Shown here in pieces: positions 63,109 to 64,000 of a DNA stretch of 64,000 bases; the first letter of the stretch is position 1, and each line of letters begins with the position of its first letter. Both the position numbers and the translations under genes were made by a program. The DNA is from Bradymonadia bacterium. GTDB taxonomy: Bacteria > Myxococcota_A > Bradymonadia > UBA7976 > UBA1532. Under the pieces are notes generated by a model. That model made no database searches. It saw only the letters and a list, made by a program, of their open reading frames with translations, and was not told the origin of the DNA. The stretch lies in assembly GCA_046290225.1 (NCBI GenBank), contig JBKAGE010000078.1:1-64000 (forward strand). The letters are read 5' to 3'.

Positions 63109-63723
63109 TCAGCTGGAACCCTCGGGGGGCCTCATCGAGGCGATGAAGGCCTCGAACGTCGCAAACGCGGGGAAGATGCCCCCAGGGCTCACCTGCATCA
63201 CTGGGGCCTGGGGATCGGATCGGTCAACGGCGAGAAAGAGCGAGTGGGGATCCCCATCGCGGTTGTGTGCGTCGTAGATGTCTCGGCTGATCGGGACATA
63301 CCGCTTCTCGGGGTTGAGCCCGCAGAAGTCCATGTCGCAGATCTGGTTGGACACGATGTCAGCCCACAATACGTGGTCGCTGGCGAACATCGGCACGCCC
63401 GTGAACACATGCTCGGCGAGCTCGACGTTCCGCCCTGCGTTCAGGAAGGCGCGGTATACGGCGGGGAGCGCTCCCCATTTCTCTTCCAAGCGCTCTGCGA
63501 GAGAAGGGAGACCTTCGACGACCTCCTCGGTCCACCCGTCGTCGAGCAGCGCATCACACCACTCTTCGAACGTGTCCTCTGCCTCTCCTTCCCAGTTGCA
63601 CTCTTCATCCTGCCACTCGCCGTCGTTGGTTCGACGCAACACCTGGCAGTAGTCGAGGCACACGACGGTGATGTCGGCTCCACGACGAAATTGTCGAACA
63701 TTGTCCAGCTTCGAGTAGTCCAT
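63109..63723 (-). CDS. Acidic SMI1/KNR4 (SUKH)-like protein
   Basis: LEEKWGALPAVYRAFL motif; C-terminal FATFEAFIASM. Confidence 0.55.
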   Translation of the reverse strand: MDYSKLDNVRQFRRGADITVVCLDYCQVLRRTNDGEWQDEECNWEGEAEDTFEEWCDALLDDGWTEEVVEGLPSLAERLEEKWGALPAVYRAFLNAGRNVELAEHVFTGVPMFASDHVLWADIVSNQICDMDFCGLNPEKRYVPISRDIYDAHNRDGDPHSLFLAVDRSDPQAPVMQVSPGGIFPAFATFEAFIASMRPPEGSS

Positions 63724-63805
63724 CCCGTGCTCCACGACAGGGCTCCACAACGACCAAGGTGCACGACGAAAACGCCAACAACCGAAAAATGACGAGCAGA
63801 AACGC

Positions 63806-63839
63806 AAAAAGCCCAGCCGAATGAACGACTGGGCTTTTT
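63806..63839. terminator. Intrinsic (bidirectional) terminator downstream of tRNA
   Basis: aaaaagcccag / ctgggcttttt perfect 11-bp inverted repeat. Confidence 0.82.
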
Positions 63840-63872
63840 CGCAACCATCTGAAATTTCAGAGTGGTTTGTGT

Positions 63873-63952
<80 letters not shown>

Positions 63953-63963
63953 GGGTGAGGCGG

Positions 63964-63992
63964 ACTATATGGATGACCCCCTCACCGGTCAA
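63964..63992 (-). promoter_or_regulatory. sigma70 promoter of tRNA-fMet
   Basis: TTGACC-17-TATAGT. Confidence 0.75.
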
Positions 63993-64000
63993 ACAATTTC

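Overview
GC-rich bacterial chromosome segment, densely coding, most likely from a Myxococcota-type deltaproteobacterium. This is inferred from the Cys-rich MopE-like/IgGFc/IPT lipoproteins, PEGA/TPR proteins and a Hanks kinase. Left to right: (1) the end of an F7/Che2-like chemosensory operon (cheW, three-PAS Aer2-like receptor, cheR, cheD, cheB and a small CheZ-like ORF). (2) An alkaline-phosphatase-family gene. (3) A five-gene putative lipid synthesis/export operon (CDP-alcohol phosphatidyltransferase-GtrA fusion, lipocalin-like lipoprotein, MMPL, MlaC-like, TolC). (4) Housekeeping genes (SprT-like, pth2, CBS, HtrA, cca, degenerate STAND-TPR). (5) Divergent lipid A genes split by a GAF gene and an RpoD-like sigma factor. 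(6) A ~21-kb, 17-gene minus-strand operon that embeds an Opp/Dpp ABC importer with two binding proteins among TPR, TolB-like, PEGA, Pro-rich and giant Cys-rich lipoprotein genes. This is my best candidate for an undescribed envelope system. (7) A Ser/Thr kinase divergent from an IgGFc-IPT-CsgG-FlgO cluster. (8) A membrane-anchored Cys-type deiodinase homolog beside a Mo-bisPGD oxidoreductase, small accessory ORFs and tRNA-fMet. No CRISPR array, rRNA, integrase or transposase was seen. All calls come from motif reading only; no searches were run.
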